Made by a program: the position numbers and the translations under genes. From Phoronis australis (taxonomy: Eukaryota > Animalia > Phoronida): a DNA stretch of 64,000 nt. The notes beneath the pieces are model-generated. The model was given only the letters and a program-made list of their open reading frames with translations. It did not search any database and was not told the DNA's origin. Of this stretch, positions 50,311 to 62,300 are shown piece after piece (the first letter of the stretch is position 1; each line of letters opens with the position of its first letter). The stretch covers positions 4,385,191-4,449,190 of the forward strand of contig NMRA01000001.1 of NCBI GenBank assembly GCA_002633005.1, read 5' to 3'.

Positions 50311-53300
50311 GTAAGATCATGTTAAGAAATCGATGAGTGACTTTCAAAACAAGAAACTACAACTGTTAGTTGTACATTCTCTAAGACTAAGTAAAGTAGT
50401 CTAGCCAGCCAGCTAGCTGTGTAAATTGTAATGAAATCTACCGTCAAAATACAGCGAGTTCCACTGGCACTGTGTGTCGAGCCCAGACAGACCTCATAAT
50501 TGCACACAGCCTGGGTAGTTCTGCTCGTCACCTCGCCGTGAAACTTATATCAACATGTAGAAAAAAGACCGGCGGGGCTGCATGTGTTCTAGATGTGCTT
50601 CCTGTTAATCATATGAGCTTCGATGTTAGCTACTCGCTATGGGCAATTGCCTATTAGCTGAATGGTTAGCACGGGGGTCGCTGGTTCGATTCCCGTGTTG
50701 GGTAATCTCAGCTATTACTACACATGTAAAATCTGGGAGTCTACCGACACTCACTTTACCCGTTGGCGTTACAGCTGTTGAAGTGGAAAACAATCTAATA
50801 AATGTCACTTTCTTGCATAATTCTCTGCCTTTTGTAATAAAGAAAAGTATGTCGTTTTGACAACAGTACACTCATGACATGTGCACGCGCCATTTTCTAA
50901 ATTTTTGGGACATCTCTCGGGAGCAGATGACAGCTTCAAAGTGCAGCAAAATTTGTTCTGAAATTCGGTTTGCTAGTTTCAAAACTCTAAACACTTATGA
51001 TGAAGTAAAACCAGTTCCAATAATTTGTTGTGACGTGTATGCAACCTCGTGAAAGAACAACAGTTGATTGAAGAATCAGCAAAAAAAGAAACTGGCCAAT
51101 AGGTGACGCAATATTTCATGGCGCAAAAGATCGCACCACAATTTTAGCAGCAGAATAATGGTAGGATGCCAATTTTTCCTACACCAGTAAATAATTTAGT
51201 TTACTCAATATAGAGTGTAATTTTTAATGACACTAATTTTGTGTCACATTTTATTTGATTATTTTTTTACCCACATTGGCGCAAAGCTGTATATTTAGTA
51301 TATAGCTTTGCACTAAGGCTATATGAAGACTACTCATCAAAATACAAGTACACTTGAGCTAGGAACCACTGTTTATTAAGTATCAAATAAACAGAAAAAT
51401 CAGGAACCCCAACTGGGAATCGAACCACAGGTCTCTAGACTGCCAGTCTAGTGCTCTTACCACTGAGCTAGTGAGGACCCGATATCTGTGCAATTAATGT
51501 TTACAGCCAAGTGTTTTCTGTGTTTATTTCGACGACTTTCATGCTCCCACATATGAGGCTTCTTGTTTTAGCGACCTCATTTCCCATAAATTTGACAGTC
51601 TAATAATTTTGCCAGGTCCCATTTATCGAGTTGATGAATGCATAAAAGGATACAAAACCGGGTTTTGGCCTATTAACAGATACTAGATACGACTTTTCCA
51701 TCCAGTTCTCTGAAAGGAAATAATGCTCTGTAGCCCTCGACAACCCTCAAACATTTGGAGGAAAATTTGAAAACTCCGTTCAAAGTCTGCTAAACGGGCA
51801 AGTGTGACCTACGCTTTTAACGAATTACACAGCAGCTGTGGGAAAAGACTATCCACCAAGGACCATAATGTGCAATTTGCAAAATATTGGGTATGAATCT
51901 TAGATGATTCCTGCATTTATCTTTCAAGGTTGACGCCAATGGTGCATTAGCAGGTGACAGAACGAGGATTGGTTGAAATCATCAAAATAGGGTTTAGTAT
52001 CCCTTTAAGATTCAGCCCTATGTATGTGACTGTATACCTTGTTAACCAAGTAGTGTATACCAGTTGAGTCGATACTTCTCTTGTAGTGAAAGAACTGTGC
52101 GCAGTTCATCGGTGCACGGCTGAGAAGATAGCGTCAGAATGGGCAGCCTACTCCCATACCAGGGGTACTGTGGCCATATCACTGACGCACCTTGATACGC
52201 TTGATAAACAGGTAAGTCTCCTACCTTAGTCTGGGCTCTGCTTCAAAATATAGCTTTGTCACTGGTTTTGATCATCTTAAAAAATTGGCTGTGGATTGAA
52301 ACACATTGGATCCTGCAGTTCCAAAACAGTGCATATTGGTTTTTCATCTTGTTAAAAACGAAATAACACGTGTCTATATATACTATAAGGTAAATTTCGT
52401 TAAAAACTCGACTAGACTTTGTTTGCAAGCTTGATACTAGTACGCTCATAGTTTGTGTAAACGAAGGGCCGCTACCAAACTATACTATGAGGTAACAGTA
52501 TGTTTATTATCTATTTCAGATGAGCAACAAGAAGTCTGGCAAAAGTTCCAAAACACCAGCCAGGAAGCCCACCAGGACTGTTTACTCAGCTGATGACATT
52601 CTTGATGCGTATCCTAAATACTTTAACCCTGGAAGGCCCCACGTTGTAATATTGCAACACCACTTTTGACAATCTATAATTAACCCTCAAATCATTTCCC
52701 ACTCCTGTTATTGATTGTGCACCCTCCAAGGCCCATTGTTGCAGTAATGCTACAGTGTGAGGGACCTCTCTTGAGAAATGAGCTAACTTTAGATGCAACA
52801 GTGAGAATCAGTGACCCATAGAGGCTACGGAAGAGTTCTCTGAACACACTGTGTTGACTTTATTAAAAGAATTGTATGCGAATTACTAAACTTTACTAGT
52901 ACCTGATTTTACGAGTATAACAAACTTATCTGAAATTGAGCAGAAGGAAAGTTGGAAGAGTTTTTGCTGATAATTAGAGTAATTTTTATGTCAAAAGTGT
53001 TTCATTTTATGTTCTTTTGTAGTGATTTTCATAAATAAATATCTTGATAAATATTGAACATTTGCTACTGTCAGCTCCCACTGTTGCAAAATTGCAACAT
53101 TGCACAAAATGAGGTCATTGAGTGCAATTTTTCTTTTAATGTTTTTTTCATCATCTAGTGACCTAACTTCAAGTGTTTTTGAGCTCAAACAGTTTTTTAA
53201 GTACATTTTTGAACATCTGGGCCTTCTGGGGTTAACTACCAAGACAATAGCCATTTTTATGTGCCATCATGTAAATTATGTGTCGGTGCATATTGTTATC

Positions 53301-56300
53301 ATCTCTGGGTGTCTGCAATCAGCGGCTGTGTCTCCTAAACACTTTGAGTATTATAATGAGATGTGGCGGATTTGTTCTTAAGAAGCTGATAGCAGACACT
53401 GATGAGTTTTGGACTTGTCCGACTACCACTCTGCCCCCTAGTGGCAATCTTAGTTTTTACGCTTGCCTTTCTATGTTGCACTTCCTTGATGGATTTTCGT
53501 GAAATTTACCTGATTGATTTCTATTAAGGAGATAACGACACCTTCCTGTTTTTGGACATTTTCGACATATACTGCACCACCTGGTGGCACTTTTAGTCAG
53601 ACAAAACACCTAGAGTTCCATCATAACATCTCAGCACTGGTGTTCATTTGATATCTCTCTGTCTCGGTCTCCATGGAGATCGCATCTTCATTGTATTTGC
53701 ACAATGGATTATCACTTGCCTTCTGTCATACGCTGGGGTACGTGATGCTTGCCTCCTGTTGTAAATTAGGGTGTTTAATGATTGCCTCCTGTTGTACAGT
53801 GAGGTACATGATGCTTTGTTCCTGTTGCACAGTAGGGTGCATGGTACTTGCCTCCTGTTAAATGGTGGGGAACATGATGCCTTGGCTTCCTTGACTCACC
53901 AGTATGTCTCCTGAGGCTGAAGATGAGTTGGTAGATGCCTACTGCACACCTAAACATGCCCAGGTAACTAATATACAGCAGTCTTCCTTGTGTAATGTCA
54001 CTAAGTGTTTGTGCTTTTGAACATCAAGGCTCTTTTTTGATTTACGAAATTAATCACTACTGTGAGATGCAATATTACATGATGATAAACTGATCATGAA
54101 CCAAACCCAATCTTAATAATCAACAGCAACTGTTAGGAATGACTATCCGGTGGATTCTCCGAACATTTTTTCTGAGCTGTAGGAAATAAATTCCCTTGAA
54201 TAGAATTATATTGTACATGTATGTAATCAACTTGCAGAATATTTTATTTTGTGCGAAACCATCTAGAACGTTTAGAAGTTACTCTCTTTACATTGCCCTT
54301 TTAAATAATTTTAATCTCTTAGCTAAATCTGATTATGATTTACGTCAGCCTGCAGGTTTGACTATGGACAGTTTTAGAATGACCACTGGTCAGTGTGAGT
54401 CTGGTGCATTAGTTGCTAGGTTTTCAAGCTGTGCAGTATGTTTCATTTGCAACTGTTCAGTATTAGTCGCTGATCCACTAGCTATCAAGCCGTGTAGTAT
54501 GTACTGTTGAGTGCTTGTCAGTATGTATCTGATGCCCTAGGGAAGTTGTCAACCTGTCAATAGTATGCTCTATTAACCAGCGGTCCCTACATGTCTGATG
54601 CAGTAGTTGTCACCTGTGTAGTACTTTTTCTTGCAGAAAGGCCAGAAGCGTCAGATTACCCCTGAAGTAACCAATCGCAAACGAGTAACCGACCTAGCTA
54701 GGAACTCTGCTGCGCCATTCTCACCATCAAGTTTCTCTCCAGCTGGGTATTATATTGTAGTTCAGTTCAATAATCTTATTTCGTTCAAGTGCAATCTTCA
54801 AATTTGATGTAATTACTGGCATACTCTACTTGCTGCCATCACGTGTGTAGAATAAAAGTGAGCTCATCATCACTTAAAGGGCAATGTTAATGCTTTTTTT
54901 GAAGGACAGTTTGGTCAATTTGAGACATTATACTTAAGTGCTATAAAAATGGGATTTTAGACCTTTTCAGTCTATTTCAATAAAAAATGAAATTCATAAA
55001 AACAGCAGTTTCTCAAACCAAAAGTTTTGTCGCTGTGAGGTTGTTCTGAAATCAACTGGTCTGAGTAAGCTAATCCTTGGCTTTTCAGTCTGATAACTTT
55101 GCTCAATGGTCTGATAACTTCGCTCAATGGCAGAGACACCTGCAGATTTTCAGTCCTAACCCTGTTACATTAAAGTTCGCCTTTAACTTGAGCAATGATG
55201 CCAGTAACGAATGGTAAAACTAATACAGCAGCGATCCAGCTGGTCAGACACAGTGTGATGAGGTCATACTTCTGGTTTGCAGAACTAAACAGATTCAAAA
55301 TACATTTTAGACTAGGTAAAAAGTGGTATATTGACCAAAAATGCCTTCAAAACGGTAACATCCCCCTTTAATTACTTGATTTGCGTAAGTTATCATGTTG
55401 GCTTGTGAAAAGTTTTTCATTAAAATTGGATGATGTCGAAGTTGTATAGCTCAATATGTAATTATGCCAGTGCCTTAGAATTTGCATCATCAAAATGATG
55501 GCTTTTGCATAACTTGCTGCTTAAATATCATTATCCTTAGAGTGATGAATTATCTTGTTCTTTAAATATGTATAGATTTACTGCTCTGTGAGCACTTCAA
55601 GTGCTCACAGAGCAGTAAATCAAGTGACTTGATAGCACCTGTGGGAATAACAGTCTTTTGAAAATGTTTTGAGCGTTAAATCACCAATAAATGTGACCTT
55701 TACTTCATTCTTACGTTGCTTGTAGTTCGGCACGCATTGTTGCTTTGTATTTTCCAGCACAACGCCGTCTAAGTACACGTCCAGGTCCAACGCTGGTGAT
55801 GTCATTGCTAGTTATGGCGAAGTGTCAGGTGTTAACTGGACAGCAGAGAGGCGAGCGTGCACCGTCATGTTACATGATGAGGCGACTCTGCCAGAAGAAC
55901 CAGTGAAATATATGTATGAGAAGATTACGGACAAAATTCAAGGTAATGTTCAACTTTGTTCCAAATATATGGTATTTGCAACTTTTTCTGTTAAAAAGTC
56001 TAATTGGTTTGACACTCAAAATAACCTAGATGAAGTGTAGCCTTGAACTTTTTTATAGTTAGGGATATGCATGTTCTCTGCCATCTGGTGGCTGGAAATG
56101 TAGGTTTACATTCTCTGGTTTCACTGGTTAGTTTCATTCCGCTTGACAAACCAGTGTCCCACAATTCATTGCAAATTATGTCCCATGAATCTAATGCCTA
56201 AATGGTAAATAATTTCTAGCTGGTCCTTGTTGGTCTAAACATTTTCTGTTGTATACGTAAAAATGAAGACACGGACAATCTAAAACAATACAATGGTGTT

Positions 56301-59300
56301 AAGTGTGTTTGTTCCAAGCATTTCTTGAAGGAGCAGTGATTGTTTGTTATCCCATCTGTGGGGCTACACATCGCTGCCATGTATTTGATACTGANCCAAA
56401 CCTTATCAGAAAGTAATCCTTTACTTACCTGTAATAATTTGTGGCGTACCTTTGTCTTCCTATTCTTGTACCAGTGCCTCTGTTATCTCATTATACAATC
56501 CCTATGTCTCTGAGACTCCTGATTATGTCACAGTTGCTAATCTCTTGAGACACTTTTCTATGTCACAGTTCCCATGCCTCTGACACGCCTGCCTTTGTCA
56601 CGGCTCAGGTGTCTGTGAGACACCTGCTTATGTCACAGCTCCTGTGTCTTTGAGGTGCCTGTCTGTGTTAAGCTCCTATGTCTCTGAGACGTTTTTCTAT
56701 GTAACAGTTCCTATGTCTATGTCACTGTGCTTCTGTTACCTCATGAGATGACGGATGATGCTAATGTCTCTGACATATTTGTCTGTGTCTAAGTGCACTG
56801 TGACCTTGTTTAGTTGACGGAAACATGAAATATCTTAACCATCATTTTCAGAACGGATTTCTTTGTCGTGCCTCAGAGATGCAAAACCTTCCCGATTGTT
56901 CCGATGGGGATTTTTAAGTTCTTGTTTCCAAAAGATCCCTTATGGGAGCTCTATATGGGTGGAGGTTCTTTTGAAATTCACCAGTATTTCTTTACGATGT
57001 GTGACTAAGCCTCAGTAACTGTTGCATCATTACATAATAACTTAACATGTCTGTTCCTTCCAGTTCTGGATGGTCTGATAGAAGACATGGCCAACTGTCT
57101 GCGGGAGCACCATCATCTAGAACACCTAACACCTGCAGCCCTACCTATGCAGGTGAGCCAAGAGTGTTGTCTTGTTTGAAAATGTCACGTGCAGTTACTT
57201 CGTCTAATTGTCCGGGCATAACATTAGTATGTTGCCCATTAAGGTAATGGCTGAATTGCTGTTGACTCAAACACGTCTCCAGCTTATTCATTTGTCTGGT
57301 CTACCTAAACCCAAAAATTAATTCTACTGTGTATGGAACAATTTGAAGCCAATAGTATAGAATGTTTGTGACATCGAAAGTTGACGAAGGTGATGGATTG
57401 GGTTGATTAAATTTGGAAAGCGAGTTTATTGTAAAAGGTGATACAGTCAATTTTTTTGCATCTTGACTTGCAAATTTTTCTTGGTTTCTGCCAGTTATTT
57501 TAGAAGCAGATGCAGATGACATCTACTGCCCAGTGGCATGAAACTGTCCCAAATAGGGACTTATCTAAGTTCCCTGAATCTACTGCGTATTTGTGGTCTT
57601 GTTAAAACACTGATTGTCCTTTCAATATTTTTTTTTTGATTTGATACAATTCGAGAGTGAATTCTACGTTGAGTTATCACCATTATTGAAAATAAGTAGG
57701 GATCTTTTCATAGCAAACGCTCCTAATTTAAGTTTAAGGTCCCTAATTATTATGTTTCAGTTAAAGGCTCAGTTTTTAGTATTAGAAAATGTCGTTATTC
57801 GAAGAGGAGCTCATAATAATGATAAAATGATAGAAAAATATAACATCCTGTGAGTAAAGAACGAAACAAATGCGCAATTAAGATTTACGGAACTTAGTTG
57901 AGTCCCTTTTTGGGACTGTTTCATGCTACCAGGCACAGACCCCTGCAGCTCAGTCATCTGAACATCCACATTAACAGAGGAATGTGAAGGTCCTGCCCTA
58001 GTGTATTCCCATTGTTTAACCTCTTTGGTGTATTTCATCACAGCTAATAGGCTTGTGTCAGAATTTTTTAATCCACCACTCAACTATTTCTGCTTATTCG
58101 AAAAATAATTTATATCTAATAGCTAAACTCTGATCTGCCAACACTCATGTTGCAAAAAAATATCCAATAATTGCCAAGTGGCAGTGAAAGGCTGACTAAA
58201 GCCTAAGTGACTTTTCACAAAACTGGTCCCAGGTTACAATCCATGATTCTTGTCTGTGCTCATGGGCAGTGAAATTTCTCACCACAGATCTCCTGTTTGT
58301 AATCAACTCTAAGACTATTTTGTGTCAAGGTGTGTATGCGGATGATGAAAGCTTTCTTTGTTTTGCATCAACGGTTTGGAGCTGCTCTCAACTTGTTAAC
58401 AATTGTATCACATTTAGGAAGAAGCAAGTGTTGTGTGCCGTGTGGGCTGTGACAGTGAAGGCAAGCTGAATGCCAAGTCAGTAGTGTTGGAGGATAGTAT
58501 GGACATGTCTGGCAGACATGTACCCTTGGATGTGTCTGGGCTCAACTCTTATTCACTCTTCCCTGGTCAGGTATGTTGGTATGCCATTATATGGCGTGAT
58601 AGACATGTACCCCTGCTCAGGTATCTTCGTGCGCCAAAATTTGGGGTGATAGGCCCCTGCTCAGGTATCTTGGTGTGCCAGTATATGTGGTGATAAACAT
58701 GTACCCCTGCTCAGGTATCTTGGTGTGCCAAATACATGGAGTGATAGACACGTGCTGCTGGTCAGGTATCTTGGTGTGCCAATATATGGGGTAATAGACA
58801 TGTACTTTTCACCAAGGTCAGTGTTTCAGTTTTCAGATTCCAAGAATGTGATTATGACCAATGTGGAGCCGAGGTAGTTATCACGTTTTTGGGGTCTGAA
58901 CCTTACCAAGCGTGAAAGTCAATTACAAGCAATATGATTGCTTCCATAAAGAAATTCATGTTAGTTTGTTGGTACAGTCTAACCTATATGAAGATAACAA
59001 ACTATGCTGATTACTAGAAGAACAGTATAATTCTATTGCTTATACATGTTCTGGGAAAAGGGACTTAAAACCGAGAAATAGTAACTGCTTGAGCTGGCAC
59101 GGTGTTACATAACATTATAGACTACTTTAGAGCCCTGAGCAGCTGTGGGACAAAACACACTACAAAGTGAAACATAACTTTTTTTTAATAACATTGAAAG
59201 TTCATTGAAATGTCACAGCATGGCTGAGATAACACTAAGGATGGAAACCAACAGGTTACCTGCGGTGCAAAAGACTCATAGAAAACAACAGCACCATCTG

Positions 59301-62300
59301 TTGTTAATGGCACATGTATTTCCTGTGATCAACCTGTGGATTCGCTGGTTGAGTCTAAAGGGCTGGGCCGTACACCTCTCATCTTGTAGATTGTGATACT
59401 GTGAATCATTGCGATACTATGAATCATTCAAATTAGACATTGGGTAATGCATGGCGTAATAATGTCTATTGATTTGCTCAAACTCTAAAATGTGGTGATC
59501 TGTTAGTGAAATGCCAGCCACTGACTACAAATCTGCTCGCGTTAATTTGTGCCCAGGTCATTGCTGTGGATGGACTAAATACAAGTGGTCAGAAGTTTGT
59601 AGCTAAGAAGATACACGCTGGTGTTCCCCCCTCTTTGCCAACCTCCAATCTGTCTGGAGACGGTGAGTGCAATGTTTACTTAATGATTACGTTTAAAGGC
59701 CTGTGCACAGCCGTCTTTGAGAGCCAGTGCTTTGGTTCATGTTTTGGGGTGGAAATGCGCTATTTATGCTCCCACATATATCTGGGCGCATATTGCTGTC
59801 ATGTGGATGTCTGCTCAACGTCTCGTTAACCCCTGGTCGGACCTTTATGAAATTTGGTATAATGGTGCATGCCATTTTTCAATCTGTCCTTTACCCCAGG
59901 ACCAGAAGGGTGGAGCTTTTTAGTGTTTTTGGGGGGAAGAATGTTTCCTGATGACTTGACTATGAGGTATGTGACAACAATGACTAGTTGATGTTGGGGC
60001 AGATTAAACCACAGCAGTGCCTGGACAAGGGACTTTTTCACTACCTTTAGGGAGAAGCTAGTTTCTGAATGATTCATAGAGAATCAATTAGCAGATTTCA
60101 ATTAATTATGACAGTATGTGACAGCATTGTGCCATCCATTTTGGTCATAACAAGCTTTTTCAGTACTTTGGGGAGAAGAACGTTTCTGGATGACGTCTCG
60201 AAATCTGATGTGCCATACTCTTTCTCAGTTCTGGCTATTGTACCTACCTATCAAATTGTTGTCTTGTACCTTCATGAAACTAATAAGCATCCCTAGAAAC
60301 ATACCGTTTGCGATGTACTGTGGGTGCAAATCAATGCTTCGCATTGCTCTTTTTTATTTTTTAATGCCTGAGTTAGCTTTCATAATTACGCTTCATAAAT
60401 CCATGGACAGCATGGAGTTCATTGCTTCTTTTAACGGAAAGAATCGTTCTCACTTATGTGATTCATCTTAGTATGAAGTTTGCGATTTTGACGAGACTTA
60501 CTTATAATTATCACATTGTGAATTTAGGTAAGGGATCTGAGAATCAATGGTTAGTTTTTTGGTGAATTGAGCATATCGGTGTTACAGATATGACCTGGTG
60601 ACTTTCTCATTTAGATGTGTTGAACGTGCTGATCAGCTGTGGTCCCTACACAACATCAGACTCGCTGGTATATGAACCTCTGGAAGACTTGAAGAAGTGT
60701 ATCAGGGCACAGAAACCCAACGTCTGCATTCTGGTGAGACAAATTTTCATGACGACAACTTTTTCTATTCACTGTATTTGGTACGCGAGCGTTTTTCCTT
60801 TGATTGTTTTTATTGACTGCACATTGTTTTACTTTTTAGATGGGACCATTTGTCGATGCTGCCAATGAAAATTTTGAGGTATGTTGTCTCTCTTTGCATT
60901 TGGCATTCCAGTTTTATGCGCTGCCTTCCAAAATGGCTGCCATCAGTGCCTCGGTGTGTCTGCTGTATGTTTTATGGTGCATGAAACCGCACTGCTGATC
61001 CCTGATCAATTTTACCTCAGATCAATGTTTAACTGACTCTTGATGTGAATTATAAATGTTGAACTGTCTATTTATGTAAACTATAAATGTTGTAAAATAT
61101 CAATGTTTAATTGTAACTTGACATGAAATGAAAATGTTTGACACTGTGAATTTCCTGTGATTTTACAGAATGGTTACATTGAGGAAACATTTGAAGACAT
61201 ATTTAAATCCTTAGTGTCATCACTTGTTAAAGAAACAGCAAGGTAAAGATTTTATTGGAACAGTGGTTAATTATGTAACTAATTGGATAAGAGTGTCAGG
61301 AATCTACCAACACCATTCGACTTTATGACTCTAATGTCCATTTTTAACACACTGTCCACCTTATAGAATCGTGTCCATAAGAGAGTGTCAAGAATTTGCT
61401 AATACTCCATCTGTTGGTAACCGAGCGCTGTCACCCAATACTCCGTCTGTTGCTATCTAAACACTGTCACTCACTCAACTCCGTCTATTGCTAGCTGAAC
61501 ACTGGCATTCAACAAATTTATGGTTGCCCATGTCTGTGTGGCACACACGGTGCTGTCCTGGATGCTGCTCGCTCTTGTGAGCAGCCCAGTTATCAACTAA
61601 GCAACTCTCTGAAACTTTAAGTCATCTATTGCCAACTTTTGGCTCAGTTCCTTCTGAGCAATGAGTTATTCCATGTTATGCAAATTGGTTTTTCACAGAA
61701 AGTTGATAAAATCTTGTAAAAGTTTCTAGTGTTGTTGATTGCTATACCAAGGCTGTAGTTTCTATTGAAACACTGGTGGTTTTTCACTGTACAGCCATAG
61801 CTGAGCTGTGTTGTTTCACTGTACAGTCATAGCCAAGAGTTGTGTTGTTTCACTGTACAGTCATAGCTGAGCTGCTGTTAGAAATCAAATTGTGGACCTT
61901 GACTAATACAGAGTTCAAACGAGAAGGCAGATTGTACATGTCAAGAATATTTCACATAAAAGTACTTGTCAGACTTCCAATCTTCTTAACATCTGCTCCC
62001 AAATCTGCCCGTAGATATACTCTCTGACCATGAAAGGACTATATTGCAGTGTTCTGTCTTGTAGTTAGATGCTGTTCATGCATGCTGTTTACATACGATT
62101 GCCCAGCCAGAATATTGGTTCTTTGCACATGAATGGTGTGATAATGAGCATAGAGAATGCTTAAATTACTCTTATGGACACTATTTTGAGGTATCTGCTT
62201 TCTGATTCAGATGTACTATTTGTCTCCTTTAAAAATTCACAGATGACCACTGTATGTAATTGTTTTAGTTCATATTGTGAACCCTCACAGTGACAATCCA

